A stretch of DNA of 63,744 nt, counting the filler, from Choristocarpus tenellus KU-1152 (Eukaryota; Protista; Phaeophyceae): NCBI GenBank assembly GCA_964200185.2. It is 15 parts of 15 records of this genome, joined end to end, with 100 filler letters (N's around TTAATTAATTAA, not from the genome) between each part and the next. Parts side by side here need not be neighbours in the genome. Positions count along the whole stretch, not along the records: positions 49,657 to 57,126 come from CAXNAD020006106.1; positions 57,227 to 63,744 come from CAXNAD020007956.1; 13 more parts are not named here. One strand, given 5' to 3'. A model generated the notes under the pieces. The model had not been told where the DNA came from, did no database searches, and saw nothing but the letters and a program-made list of their open reading frames with translations. Shown in pieces: positions 49,557 through 62,358 of this stretch (its first letter is position 1; each line of letters begins with the position of its first letter). The translations under genes and the position numbers were made by a program.

Positions 49557-52500
49557 NNNNNNNNNNNNNNNNNNNNNNNNNNNNNNNNNNNNNNNNNNNN
49601 TTAATTAATTAANNNNNNNNNNNNNNNNNNNNNNNNNNNNNNNNNNNNNNNNNNNNTCAATTTTGGGTCAAGCCCATCCTCAATGAAAAGCTCCATCCTC
49701 AATTTTTGAAATCGGCTGTTACATGCCCATTTTGTCACGTTCGAGAATGAAGATGATACAAGAGGCCTGAAAGAACAGAAATACAGTGTTGACTGTAGTG
49801 CTTACAACAATGGGGTACATTATACAGCAGTTGCTGCAACATATGTAGTGTAGTACTTGGTACTAGTAAGCATCGAAAATACAAGAGAAGAATCAATGCC
49901 CCCACTACTTGGACTGGTTAATGATCTTATCAGTCGTGTCCACTACTACTTAAGAACTAATGATTATGATTATTCCCTTTGCTGACAACCAGCACCCACT
50001 TGCATGTCATCAGAATTATTCCTTTTTCTTGAATGCGATCGTTCTTCAACAATCCTGGACAGTTTTTTCGTTGTTTGTAGAGACATGATACTCCACACTT
50101 CTAACTTCACTTTGTTTAACTTTGTGCCAGAATTAGAGACATCTTTCAGAAAAAAACAAAAAATATAACATATTAATAGTCTTCTTTCTTCGAAGTGTTT
50201 TACTATATTAATAGTCCGTACCTGTTTTTCTAATTAGAAAACGTTAAACCATGCATGTTTAAGAAGAAAGATTTCCCTTCCTCGAAATCTTAAAATCTTT
50301 TCCATATTTCCTTTTTCTTCTCTCCACCAACAAGAAAAACGTACACATCCCAGGAGTAGTAAAGGCAACAACAATGGTTTTCGCAAACCTTTCGGTGACA
50401 TCTGCCAATTAACAGGGTTGCTTGGATATATATATATATATTCATGCTCAATCAAGTCAAGGACTTTTTGCCTCAAAAGTGATCGGAGAAAGTGTGAAGA
50501 TGGGGCTGAATTCTGCTCCTGTCCATCCCAAAAACCACTTTCCGACCATTTCTAGGTTCACGTTCCAGTCATTTTTACATATTTGTTAGGTACACCTCAC
50601 TCATCAAGCTTTCACACAGCTAGAAATTTGTTGAGAGTCTTTCCTGCCAAAACAGAAAAATATGACAAGCCAAGCATGCACATGGACACATGCTGTAAGA
50701 AGAGCATAATGGTATTATCAGCGTCTGTGTGTGTACGTCTTAAGTGCTGACCAGAAGAACCAAGTCAAAGAGAATTCAGTATAGAACTCAATAAAATTCA
50801 GATAGAAATAAAAGAATACAGTACCTAGATGCAGCAACAGTACCAATATCTTACTATACAAGACCAAGAAAGAGGGATACAAGAAGCATAATTGCTTTAC
50901 ATTCCCACAAAGGACACCATCAGTAAAATTAAAGTCTGTCCACAAATACTTGGAGTACACATCTGTTTGCAACAAGGTTTTTGTAGAGTAAAAACGTCTA
51001 CTGTTTGGTAGTACCACAAAACATTTCGTTCAGATCCAACTCTTTCCAATTTGAAAGAGGGGGAGGGACACTTTGTGCATCAAGGCTGACCTCTGTCTCT
51101 GCTATACACTTAACCCACAGTCCTCACCACCACCTCGCTCGTATTGCACTCACTTGTTACACTTTTTGAACTACAAAGACACACATCTTGTTCAGACCCA
51201 TTGCTGTTGACTCAAGTAGAGAGACTGCTGTACAGGTACACTGTATTGCTCACTCTATCACTTGAGACCACAAGAACAAGAGTATCACTTTTTTCTTTCG
51301 TCCTGGTATAAGCAGGATCACAAGACCTCGAACACTGTCCCTCAATAATACATAGTACAATAACTACTACACTTCAATAAAGAGCAAACCGTAATCATAC
51401 CTTACCATCCATTCCGGAGTATACACAATAGTAAGCTGATACGGGCCGGAAGGGCCCCCACCAGAACATCAATGAGCAAACCATGCAAGAGGAAGTAGGA
51501 GATGATATCCCCTCTACCATCCAGCGTATTGACAGCACTGATCAATAAACAACTGACTGCAGTAACTATTTTTCCATATCAAGATATTAAGTTACCACTG
51601 TTGTAGTTACCACTGTTATACCACCAGAATACCACTCTCGCATGGAACTGCGATATATCACTATGTTGACAAATTCAGAGGGCAGGGTATTGCCTGGCAT
51701 AACCAGTGGACCATCCATCACTCCACTGGTCGTCACATACTCCCCAACCAGTAATCTCAGACTTCATGTTTCCTGCTGAGTCCATTATGTGGATCCCCCC
51801 CTCATCCATATGTATCCTCTCACAATAAAGAGACTTGGGAAGCGCCCTAGCTGGGGTTTCAACCATGGCTTACAATTTTTTCATTTCCATTATGTCTAGA
51901 TGTTGAGATACCACTGTACCAATCTTGTGTGGGACTGCTGCCCAGGTGGCAGGCAAAATGGCATCTCATTAAAATGACATCCAGTCACTAACAACCACTG
52001 TCTAAGGCATGGGGCAGCATGCTCTGCCAATCTCTAAGCCCTGCATCCCAACCCCCCAGACACCACTGCTGCTTGGTTTGGGTTTTTATATTATACTGAG
52101 GTGGACTGAGAAGTTCAACATACGCAAGTAGTCTGATTGGTCCAGCTCGGCTAGGCGAGCACCGTACTTGAAATTGGAACTGTCTTAAGAGCTCTTGTTT
52201 GCAGAGTCACACTCGAAAATGGCTGGCTATTCTGCCACTAGGTCATAGGCCATTGTGACAAAGTACCATGGGGACTTGTTCAATATGCAAAAGGGGTTGG
52301 AGAACATCAAGTAGGAACAGCACTATGTTCAAATGAGAAGTCCATTTTCATACGCATTAGAGACTGTGACTATGACATGTGAAAAGGTGCATTGATTAGT
52401 CACACCAGCACACAGATAGTATCTACCCAATCTTCTATTCAAAATGTCTACTCCATACATGAATTCTTTGCACAGAGATGAGCAGGCACAGATAGAGAGC

Positions 52501-53730
52501 AGTTGTTCTCCACAAAGGAGGCAGTCAGTCAGTTACACTTCTATCAAGAGTCCCATAGGATCAACAGCTTCATTGTCAATCACTGCAGGTCAGGCATTGC
52601 AAACAAGGCGGTTATTTCTGTAGTATATTCCCTTGTTATTTCACAAGTACATCATTGTAACTGTATATTACCAAAATTTAGGCTCGCTGTAGCAAGTAAC
52701 CTAAGAAAAAAGACATAAATAATCTCCCCCCCCATCCCCCCAAAACAACTTTACAGAGCGACACGAGTGCACACAAACCTTGTCCACACCTCTTTCTCTC
52801 CAACCAGCATCAACCTGAAACAATTACAGACTTGACACAAATAGTTCAGTCAAGAAGCCGCTGGCTCTTTTTGTGCATGTGCACTTCACACGCTTGTCCT
52901 CTACAGTCAGATATCACCAGAAACTTCCCCAAAACGATAGTTGAACCTGCTTCAGGACATGTCCATATGAAAAAATCCAGTTTTCTAGCATGTGCAAAAC
53001 CCTTCCAAAAAGCCCAAACTACAAGTAACATAAACCCCAGTCCTCCCCCTCTCTTATTTCCCTCCTCACGATGCCACAACCAACCAGCAGCATTTCCCTT
53101 CATACAACTAAGAAAGAAAGACCTAACCTAACTGCCCAGCGTAGATTCTACAGGAGAAAAGGGTGGGGATGGAGGGGGGGGAGATTGTGATGCCTCCACT
53201 GGTGGTGGAGTAAAAAAAAGGACTAGGACAACGCCACAAGCACCGAATATAATGAGCATCCTGACAAGCCCAAGCCTAAACCCTGCCCCCATCTTATCCC
53301 TAAAAGTGCAACTAACACAATAGCCCTACGCTTTACTCTGCCCTTACCCCCATCCAACCCCAAGCTCCAGAAAAACATCACCTGCACATCTCCATGATAA
53401 CAGGCACCGGGGCCTGAGAGGAAAGGTAGTAATCATAAAAAAATGCCAGATACAAGCTGCAAAAGACATGTAAAATGAACTATTTAGATCTTGCAGCACA
53501 CATTGATACATCATCAACATGATAAGTCAACAGCATCAACAAAGCAACATAGTAGCACCGAAAACCTTGGCCCACCTGCAACAATCAATGCCAGTCACCA
53601 AATCAGATAACAGGGCCAAGGCCCAAGGCCACAGTCAGAGAAGCCAATCCCTCCTCTGTCTCCTTTTCCAAAGACTGTATCTCCTGTCCTTTAACCTCTC
53701 TTGGGGGGACTGACTGCTTCAGGTCCACTA

Positions 53731-56331
53731 TCACCGTCGGCGGGGGGGAGTGCTCCTTGTGGACATGGATGAACTGCTGCGAGGTGTGAAAGCAGAACGA
53801 GGGCTGTGTAGTTGCTCCACGTGCTTTGAGGCATCTGGGCTTGTGAACAGCTTCTCATCCAATCCCACCCCCCCAGGTCCACTGCCTCCCCCAACCACTC
53901 GAGGAGATCGAACAGCCTCTAGTCGGACACGAGGAACAAATGATGGTGGTGGCCGGTCCGCGAACGATATGTTATTAGGTGAGCCCGGTGAGACCATAAC
54001 TGGATGACCCCAGGACGCGCACGACACATCAGATGATGACATCATCGATTTTGGTGAGGACGTCTGACTGTGGTTGGAGCCAATCACACCCACAAAGCCA
54101 CTTCGCTCATGGTGGTGGTGGTGATGCCTCCAGGTCCCCCCCCCACCTGACTGTCCAAAGCGCGTCGGCTGCTGGGCCTCCTCTGGGTGATCGATCTCCC
54201 ACCGACGAACCTGCTGGGCCTGATCCAGGTCCATGAAATCTGGTTCAATCCTTGTACCACAGTCACCCCCAAACCTCTGTGAGGAAGAGGTTGATTCTTC
54301 ATCCCACCACCAACCCCCACCTCCTCCATGAAGCGCTGATGTGAACATCTTAGCATCCGAGACATGTGCTCCTGCAGTTCGAGACACCCTGCCACTACTG
54401 CCTCCACCACCCCCATCCCCCCTATGTTGCCTGCGTGCTCGCCGTGCTTGGTCTGACCTTATCTCTGCCTCCACATCATCGTCATGATCCCCCCCACCTT
54501 GATCCCGCCCCGCCACTTGCTCCACCAGGCGACGATGGTGATGTTCAAGGTGCCTATCCAGCTCTGCAAGGCTGGCAATACTTCCTGGTGAGCTTCGACG
54601 CATGGCTGCTGCTGACAGGTGCCCTGGCGCTAAGTGTCCTGGCCCTGCTGGCGGACGACCTTGGACTCGGGGCGCCCGCACATTCCCTATATTGCTTGTA
54701 CCTCGCATCCCAGCCCCATTTGTGCTTCCACCGGCAACATTCACCCCAGCAACAGCAGCCGCTGCTGCTGCAGCTGCAGCAGCTGCAACAAAGGCCTCTG
54801 TTCGACCTGCTGCACCTCCCTCTGAAGAGGCCTCACTAACATACTTAGCCCGGGAGCCTCCCCGTCGGTGGTGGCGAGAACCACCGAATCCACCCAGCCC
54901 ACTACCATTACCACGGATGGATCCGCCAGAAGAGGCTCTGTGATGCCCCACCTTGCTTACACCCCCTCCCCCAGCAAGGAGCTGTTGCTTCCGCTGCTGG
55001 AGAATGGCCACAGCCATGTCGATCTTATCAAGTTCCATTGAGTCAAAACTACCGACCATAGCACGAACCTCACCTTCTCCACAGGTACTACCGTCACCGC
55101 CGCTGGCACCACATACACTGTCACTGCCACTGCTTTCTTCTCCCTCGCACAATGAAGCCGCAACAGGTTGAAGGGTAATTCCAACAGGAGAGTTTGTTGC
55201 GGCTGCATCCAGCATCATGCCTGCTCCCCGCTCCACCGAATGGAAAAACCCGGTTGGCTCACCCTCCACATCCGAGAGCCCAGGTGGGGAGATCTCAGCT
55301 CGAACAGGCACAGGGTCGATTCCCCCAGGACATGCTACTGCCGATGCTGCCGCCACTGCTACCGCCGCTGCTCGGGAGGTAGTTGAGACCTGCCCAACTC
55401 CCACGGGGGACTTGTAGTCACTACTATCCTGAATAAGCTCCATGTCACAGCCCTCGCCAGGATTGGCGTAGGTCTGCAAGCCCCCTTTGACCCTACCACT
55501 GTTGATTGAGGAGCTGCGGTAGGTAGCCTCTAGCAGCTGATTTTGAACCCGTGGCTGGAGATGTGTCTGTATCTCCTTGCAGAGGGGAAGGTCGTCGTCC
55601 TCTACATTGGGACGGCCCTGGTGCGACAGTGTTTGTTCAAGAAAAACGCGATCGAGCTGTGTCATCTCTCGTACCTCGCCCCCATCAGGTGCAAGGAAAC
55701 CATCCATGTCATCTTCCATCGCTGAGGGTCCAGGAAAAGTCAGCACAGGAGGAAAGAGCGCATCACAAGCATCAACCCCATCTTTTGTTCCTGACGGCGG
55801 TGATCCTGCGACCTTCGTTCCACCCTGTCCGGCTACAGACGTTGGCGATGATGAACCTCTTCCCGCCACGCCGCCCTTCGGTTGCTGCCCCTTATAAAGA
55901 GAATTTCCGAGTCCTGGACTCTTACTTCCGAGGTTCCTCTGCGTTCCATGGGGGTGTGTGTGAGCAGATTTCCGTAGGACATGGTCAGGGCTGCTGCGTC
56001 GTTTATCCCATGTTGTACAAGGCTCCTGTAAGGAGATACGTGAGCCTGACATAGTGACACCGGACTTTGAAGATGGACTCCGCCGAGCACCATGATTGTG
56101 ACCATGACCATGTGATGCGACCTGAACAGGAGGTGGGGCTGGCGAGTGGGGCAGAGAATGTTTCGGACTTGGCGTCCTTGAATATTCCGGGCTGCCCCGT
56201 CTGCCCGCAGGACCAACCCGTCGCTGCTGCTTACTCCTTTCATCTCCCTCTGCAGCAGCATTCGAGCCCACCGTGTGCGGGCTGCTCTTTTTGCGGGAGA
56301 TCCCATGGTCAGCACGGATTGGTCGAGACGA
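53731..56331 (-). CDS. Long low-complexity/disordered protein (~866 aa in one exon)
   Basis: Stop-free 2.6-kb frame rich in G/S/R/H/A runs. Probable start MSSRPIRADHG just after a CAG acceptor. No recognisable domain. Confidence 0.75.
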   Translation of the reverse strand, partial: SSRPIRADHGISRKKSSPHTVGSNAAAEGDERSKQQRRVGPAGRRGSPEYSRTPSPKHSLPHSPAPPPVQVASHGHGHNHGARRSPSSKSGVTMSGSRISLQEPCTTWDKRRSSPDHVLRKSAHTHPHGTQRNLGSKSPGLGNSLYKGQQPKGGVAGRGSSSPTSVAGQGGTKVAGSPPSGTKDGVDACDALFPPVLTFPGPSAMEDDMDGFLAPDGGEVREMTQLDRVFLEQTLSHQGRPNVEDDDLPLCKEIQTHLQPRVQNQLLEATYRSSSINSGRVKGGLQTYANPGEGCDMELIQDSSDYKSPVGVGQVSTTSRAAAVAVAAASAVACPGGIDPVPVRAEISPPGLSDVEGEPTGFFHSVERGAGMMLDAAATNSPVGITLQPVAASLCEGEESSGSDSVCGASGGDGSTCGEGEVRAMVGSFDSMELDKIDMAVAILQQRKQQLLAGGGGVSKVGHHRASSGGSIRGNGSGLGGFGGSRHHRRGGSRAKYVSEASSEGGAAGRTEAFVAAAAAAAAAAAVAGVNVAGGSTNGAGMRGTSNIGNVRAPRVQGRPPAGPGHLAPGHLSAAAMRRSSPGSIASLAELDRHLEHHHRRLVEQVAGRDQGGGDHDDDVEAEIRSDQARRARRQHRGDGGGGGSSGRVSRTAGAHVSDAKMFTSALHGGGGGWWWDEESTSSSQRFGGDCGTRIEPDFMDLDQAQQVRRWEIDHPEEAQQPTRFGQSGGGGTWRHHHHHHERSGFVGVIGSNHSQTSSPKSMMSSSDVSCASWGHPVMVSPGSPNNISFADRPPPSFVPRVRLEAVRSPRVVGGGSGPGGVGLDEKLFTSPDASKHVEQLHSPRSAFTPRSSSSMSTRSTPPRRR

Positions 56332-57266
56332 CATGCTGGAGTACAAGAGATAAGGAGGGATCACCTGAGAACAAGGGGTGTGAGGAAATCTTTTCTCGCA
56401 CCCCACAAGATATGGACTCTGTCCCGGCGTGCATCACGTTCCCCCGTGTCACCCAGACGACAAACACCTTCCTACACCATTCTCTACTCTAGAGTTGCCC
56501 CCACGTGAGACGCAGACCTCCTTCTCTCCTCTTCACTTTCACAAGACTTTCCTCTCACCACGAGGCAGGGTAATAATACTTATTTGTCTCTTGGTATAGG
56601 TAGGGGCTCTTCAACATTTCTCGGTTCTCTCTTATAAAATGAAGTATAAAATACGAAATATAATATATTCATCAGTTCAATCTCCAACAAAAAAGATCAT
56701 TTTTTTCATATAGATGGATGCAGCAGTTGTATTAATAGTATCTTATTATTGACAACCATTACACTAGTTGTAGTTGTAATATTGGTGCGGTAAGAACGGT
56801 TGATAAGTTCGGCATAAAAAATAATACTAGAAATATGCAGACCAAAAAATTTCGAGTTCTATAATAAAATACCAAATGACCAAAGTTCATCTGGTTTCTA
56901 ATTTCGATTTCCTCCTTCACATTGTTTATTTTCGAATGGTTTGGTAGTATTTCTGACTCAGACGATATACGATAAGAGTTTTATGTATGGGTTAATAAAC
57001 TTGAACTTGTGGATAAAATCAATTACTTCGTAATCTGCCCTCACTATGGGTCAAAGTATCTGAGGGGGGGGAGTCGGCGTCCGTTTTTCACCCTTTTTTC
57101 GATTATCACTTTTTTGGTATGATTTGNNNNNNNNNNNNNNNNNNNNNNNNNNNNNNNNNNNNNNNNNNNNTTAATTAATTAANNNNNNNNNNNNNNNNNN
57201 NNNNNNNNNNNNNNNNNNNNNNNNNNTTGCTACCGGCCCGTTTTTTTCGGCACGTCGCGACGTAAC

Positions 57267-57306
<40 letters not shown>

Positions 57307-57434
57307 GGTGTAGGGTTGTGTGTGGCCAAAAAACAAGCAAAGAACACGCTGTTGAAAATACATGACGCTTTGACACGCATATCCATACGAAGGGGACGTG
57401 TTTGCCGTGTAAAGACAAAGGGAATAGTGCTCAC

Positions 57435-59888
57435 CGGCTGAAGCCCGGTGACCAGTTTGAGCGATCGACGAGGGACGTCACACTAGTCACGATGCACCCG
57501 ATAGACTCCGCAACCACGTCGAGTTCAATATAGTCCTGGGCGTTGAGCAAGCCCTTCTTGAATCCACTAGTGAAGGGTACACATAAAAAGGTGACGGACA
57601 AAAACGGAAAAATGTGCTTTACGCTTTACGTTGGGCAGTTTGCTGTTTTTTCGAACAATGTAGTAGATCGACTATGCGTGAAAAATTGCACAACTTGTAT
57701 ATATGGAATCTGTCACGAACACCAACCTCGCTCGAACACCCCATCTATGTCCCATCTATGTATCTATGCGAAACGGGCACAGTCTCTATCGACCGTTTTT
57801 TTTCTCGGAAAGGATATGTGTAAAACCATTTTCAAGGAACCAACAACAAGTCGCACCCGGCGATCCTGTAGAGGTACGCAGCTTGTGCCTTGGGCTGCAG
57901 CTTAGCAAACTCGTCTCGGATCAGGGCAACCTAGGTGATACGGCTGTAGTGCAGTCCGTCGGGGTGATATTTGAGGTCCCTATCATTCTCGTCACGGCCA
58001 GGAAGGTGAATGATGTCCTTCAATGCTTCTACTGCACAAGGCGAAAGAGCGAGCATGCACTTCATCATGTTCTTAATCGTCGGTAGTGAAGGAACCTTGA
58101 TCTGTGCCTGTACATACATGCACATGCCGGGAAGGGAGAGCACACGTAAAACATCGGATCCGATGTTATCACCAGTCCAGTTGCAGCTTCTTCACAGCCC
58201 ATCCACTACAGGTATGAGGAGGTCACAACCAGCAAGAGCAGCAATGATGAGTAACGTATGCATGTATATAGATACGATGGTATACTGAGGTATGGGTTAC
58301 AATATGCATTTCAGTCAGAAATAAACGAAAAACTCGGGCATAACCACACCTACCTGCCGACCATCGAGATTCCATCAAATAAATACCTTGTGCGATCAAA
58401 AGAAAAAACATGCACAGTACACTTTCAAGGTCTGCCCCCCCCCCGCTCAGTCAGCGAAAAATATCGGGCCATTCTAAGATACACGGATGTCGAGGTGTGA
58501 ACAACAAAACAAGACGTACAGAACACCATTGATGGCGCACGGACAAGGTAGATAGGCGGACGCAAAGTATTATATTTACGAAATCGGGGTCAGAGGAAAA
58601 ATCGATCGCGCTCATTCACCTCCGTGTATTGCTTCCTCATACGGTTTGCCAGCACCCCAAACTTGAGCGGCATGCCCGACTTATTTTTGCGCTGCTCTTG
58701 GTCCACAAACACCTTGTGCCACAGCACTTTATCAAGCAAAGTAGTTTTGACAAACACCTCGGTGGCGGTGTTCATCCCTAAACATAAATACATACATAAG
58801 GAGAGATTGGAGTAGCATGCACGCACAAGGGCAAATACTTTAGCAGCTTGAAGCAAGCACGAATAAGATAAATAGGTACTCGCCAAAGTGCGCCCCCAAC
58901 ACATACCATCATCGTTGACAATACTAATGTGATGGATGATGTCCTGTCCTCCAACCCGACTCATTACTCCTATCCCATGATACTGTTGTCGAATTAATGT
59001 GCCGTATTCACCCGTTGAAGGTATGAAACGTCATTCGTTGAGGGTATGCAAAGCATGTGTGGGCTTATCCTTGGGCGAACCAATGTGCTTCGTTCCGATA
59101 GTTGGGCAAACCAATTTCTCAAATTGCGTACCTTGTGCAATAAGCCTCTGTGTGCCGGTGTCAATCGCCTGATGCACGTTAACCTGGATGATGGAAGCAG
59201 ATTCCGTCTTCTTGTCGTGCATGGCAAGAGCCGCGCACCTGCGCAAGGACATGGGACGGTGTGACGAAAGGGTGTTAAGGAGTTCCCAGCAACAAGGAAT
59301 ATGTCTGTGGTACAGTTATTTCGATTTATTTTTTGTTGTATTAATGCGAGATATACAGCACACAGTAGGAAAATTACAGCACACACTATGCCCTTACAGC
59401 AGCAGCAGTATTCAACAATAAAACACACATATGGCACACAAACAAACCTCATAAAAACACCAACTTGTGACGACACACTCATCTTACCTATGGTTTCCGT
59501 CCACAAGTAGCAGGCTCAAGGTGCCTACGGTCTCCTGTGTCACGCTTGCTGCATTCACGTCAGGGGTAATGCAGGCGATAACAGGCGTACCAAGTCAACC
59601 CCTCTCCTCAATGCTCTCAAGCAGCACCTTGATCCCGGCATCTCTTAGGGGGCGCCCACGTTCGGTTAGAATAAGGTTACTCACGGGGATCTGGCAAGTG
59701 TTTAGTAGTAGTGGAGCGTGGAAAAATGCTTGGAAAAAGAAAGGAAAGCAAAGAATAAGTTCAAGTACCTGCGAGGGTTCTGTGTGTAGTCTAACGGGGA
59801 GAGTAGGGCAAGGTTCGTTCGCGTTGCCCGTATTTTGTTGTTGGAAGAAGCGTTTCACTGTTGAACCTTCACAAACCAAAATAGTCCA
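57435..59888 (-). pseudogene. Spliced ParB/Srx-like domain gene with two in-frame stops (exons 59888..59769, 59690..59488, 59238..59132, 58777..58620, 58101..57857, 57566..57435)
   Basis: Six phase-compatible GT-AG exons: ...EPSQ/IPVSNLILTERGRPLRDAGIKVLLESIEERG*LGTPVIAC...LLLVDGNHR/CAALAM...TQRLIAQG/MNTATE... This is the ParB N-domain pattern (IPV..L, L..SI...G, P, DGxHR..A). Stops: TGA at 59595-59597 and TAG at 57931-57933. Confidence 0.8.
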
Positions 59889-61475
59889 CTGAACGCTCCC
59901 TTTGTTTTATTCAAAAACGTAGATATATATACTGCTGTACCAGTAATTGTTGCTGTCTTGGCCACAAGAAAAACCGTTCCGATCCCTACCCTCCCATGTC
60001 TGTACTGCCTATTCAACTGCAAGGGGGACGCTCCCCCTTGTCACGGGCAAACCACTAACTAAAAGAGGTATGACAATAGCAAATACTAGATCAAAAAGGA
60101 CCCCGGAAGTCAGACAACGCCAACATACTAGATGAAAATCTTAATAATACAGGGAGAAGGTGCCGTAGACATAGATAAACACCAACACTTCGTTGCATCC
60201 GCATCTATACTATTTCGTATGTGTGTGTATGCCAGATTGCTCCATGTACTCTGGAGTAATATAGATAGACTCATCGGGAGCTACTTCAAGGGGAGCGCCC
60301 ACCAAAGCTTTTTCCTCGTGCAGAGGTCGCCGAGATATATGCTGTGCTGAGTCTATTTATTTACATGGAGCCAGCGCCCTTGGTTTTAGACTACAACACA
60401 CACACACACACCCAACAACAGCAGCAGCACGCAAACCCACATCTACACATCATCAAACACACGCTGCTACCACTACAGAGCAGATAAAGGGAAGAGAGGG
60501 GAGAGAGAGAAAGAGAGACAAGAGACCTACTGACTTCGACCTACCACTTTCTTTAGCTGCTACTGCACCCGACATGTGTGTGTGTAGCCTGTTTGTTTAG
60601 CAGCAGAAGGGGGGGGAGGAGGGGCGAAAAGGACACTTCCTGGTGTAGCGTATCGAGCAGAGACCGCTACCTCTTATGTACTGCTGTTGAAAGAGGTCTC
60701 CCGCTGTACATCGTATGTACCGCGCACTCAAAGGCTAGCACTGACGGCCTAAATTAGCTCGAGCTATTGCTGGTGGTTTCATCGCAACCCGTGCCAAAAT
60801 GGGCAAGCGAGGTCGCGATAGGTGTGTATTTAGATGGGCTGACTGCTGTAAATTTCTCCTAAAAAATGACAAGAGGCCTTTGTGCGGCAAATCCTTCTAA
60901 CACTCCACAGCAACACACACACACACGGCTTAACGCAGTTATTTGAGAAGCAAGCCGTGTGGCATCCTACTACTGCTTCTCAATCCCCAACTTGCATCTA
61001 GTATGTGTCGTAAGACATGTATGTGTGTTGAACACCGAGCGAAGCCGCCTACTGCAGCTTAGTTTTTGTTTGTGTGAAAAAAAAAAGATCCGTACTTTCA
61101 CTGCTTCTCCGAGCAGGTTCTTCGGCAGGGGGGCCAGCTTCATACCCACACCAGCGATGGAACGAGAGGATGTTGCAGGAGGCATTGGGATACAATAAAA
61201 ACCAACCGTGGACCAAACAAGGCAAATAAAGCAAAACGCACATTCGAAGACGTGTGTGGCAAGGACCAAATAAAGCAAAAGCAAAACACAACTCGCGAGA
61301 CGAAGGGCACAATAATCCAGTTCTATTCCCGTCAAGACTGCTGTATGCTGTTATATCTCTGGTACTTTACCATGGCGATTAATATATCTACAGGTCCAAC
61401 AGCAGTCGATCAAACTCTGCCGCCATACACTAGCCACAACAACAACCACACTGACTGACTGCTGTCCTAAACAAC

Positions 61476-61477
<2 letters not shown>

Positions 61478-61513
<36 letters not shown>
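61478..61513 (+). repeat. (CTG)n microsatellite
   Basis: About 12 CTG units. A second run lies at about 62325-62356. Confidence 0.9.
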
Positions 61514-61514
<1 letters not shown>

Positions 61515-61609
61515 ACACAATGCATCAGGCACATGGTCTCATTTTCTTCTTGCTCCCAGCTGTACAGCGGTGGTAGTAATAGGAGACACCAACGAGAGGC
61601 GACATATAA

Positions 61610-61970
61610 CAGTATGTTCGTGAGATCAGGAACGGATTACGAGATAAGGAATGAGAAATATTTCGAAACCATCCTGCAGGCCGCCGATCAATTTCAGTGT
61701 GAAAACTTTCAAGTGGCCAGATTAACAAAGGCATATCTCACTCCACAAGTAACAGCTTCCAAATGTTGGCGATTTGAAAGCTTTTTCACAAAAATATCGA
61801 TGAGCTCTCCCTCTTGTGTTCGCAAGCTTTCACTCCAAAAAACCGACGACTTCAAGAATCTGAACATTTGAAACCTTTCACACTGAAATTGATCGGCGGC
61901 CTGCAGGATGGTTTCGAAATATTTCTCATTCCTTATCTCATAATCCGTTCCTGATCTCAAGAACATACTG
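61610..61970. mobile_element. 361-bp foldback MITE with ~110-bp TIRs and TAA direct repeats
   Basis: TAA|CAGTATGTTCGTGAGATCAGGAACGGATTA...TAATCCGTTCCTGATCTCAAGAACATACTG|TAA; the arms are nearly perfect. Confidence 0.92.
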
Positions 61971-62323
61971 TAATTTGTATATATATTGTTCACAACAAGC
62001 TTTTGAGAGAGAGAGAGGAGAGAGGAGAGCGATATTCTACAGCAGCAGTGATCTCGCACCAGACAGACTAGGAGAAAGCAAGAGAGAGGAGACCCAACCA
62101 AAGTTTACACATCCGCCCTGCTTCACAATCGAAGCCTCTCACTGCTGTTCAGCGCTTGGATCCCTCTCCTCGTATACGACTTTTGTGCATTATGTTTTTG
62201 CCTGAAAATTCATGCCGAGACTCCCGATTACAATAATACTAGTAAATACTTGACTCACATCAAACCTGCCGATGAAATACCGCTCAAGCAGCGCTTTCAA
62301 GCCGCCTCCGGAGGCCACGTTGG

Positions 62324-62358
<35 letters not shown>

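Noticed and set aside
49657-53700. Short ORFs and splice-like sites downstream of the long disordered ORF
   Set aside because: No consistent frame or motif; probably UTR or intergenic.
53750-56508. Numerous plus-strand ORFs here, and 38696..39424(-) and 33614..34234(+)
   Set aside because: Antisense shadows of long GC-rich coding exons.
2501-57226. Regularly recurring TTAATTAATTAA palindrome between N runs
   Set aside because: Synthetic contig-concatenation linker. ORFs ending in ...XXXLIN and any gene clustering across linkers are artefacts.
57931-59597. In-frame TGA and TAG in the ParB gene as stop-codon recoding or selenocysteine
   Set aside because: They are two different stop codons, each one transition from Trp or Gln, and other genes here use standard stops. 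Pseudogenisation is simpler.
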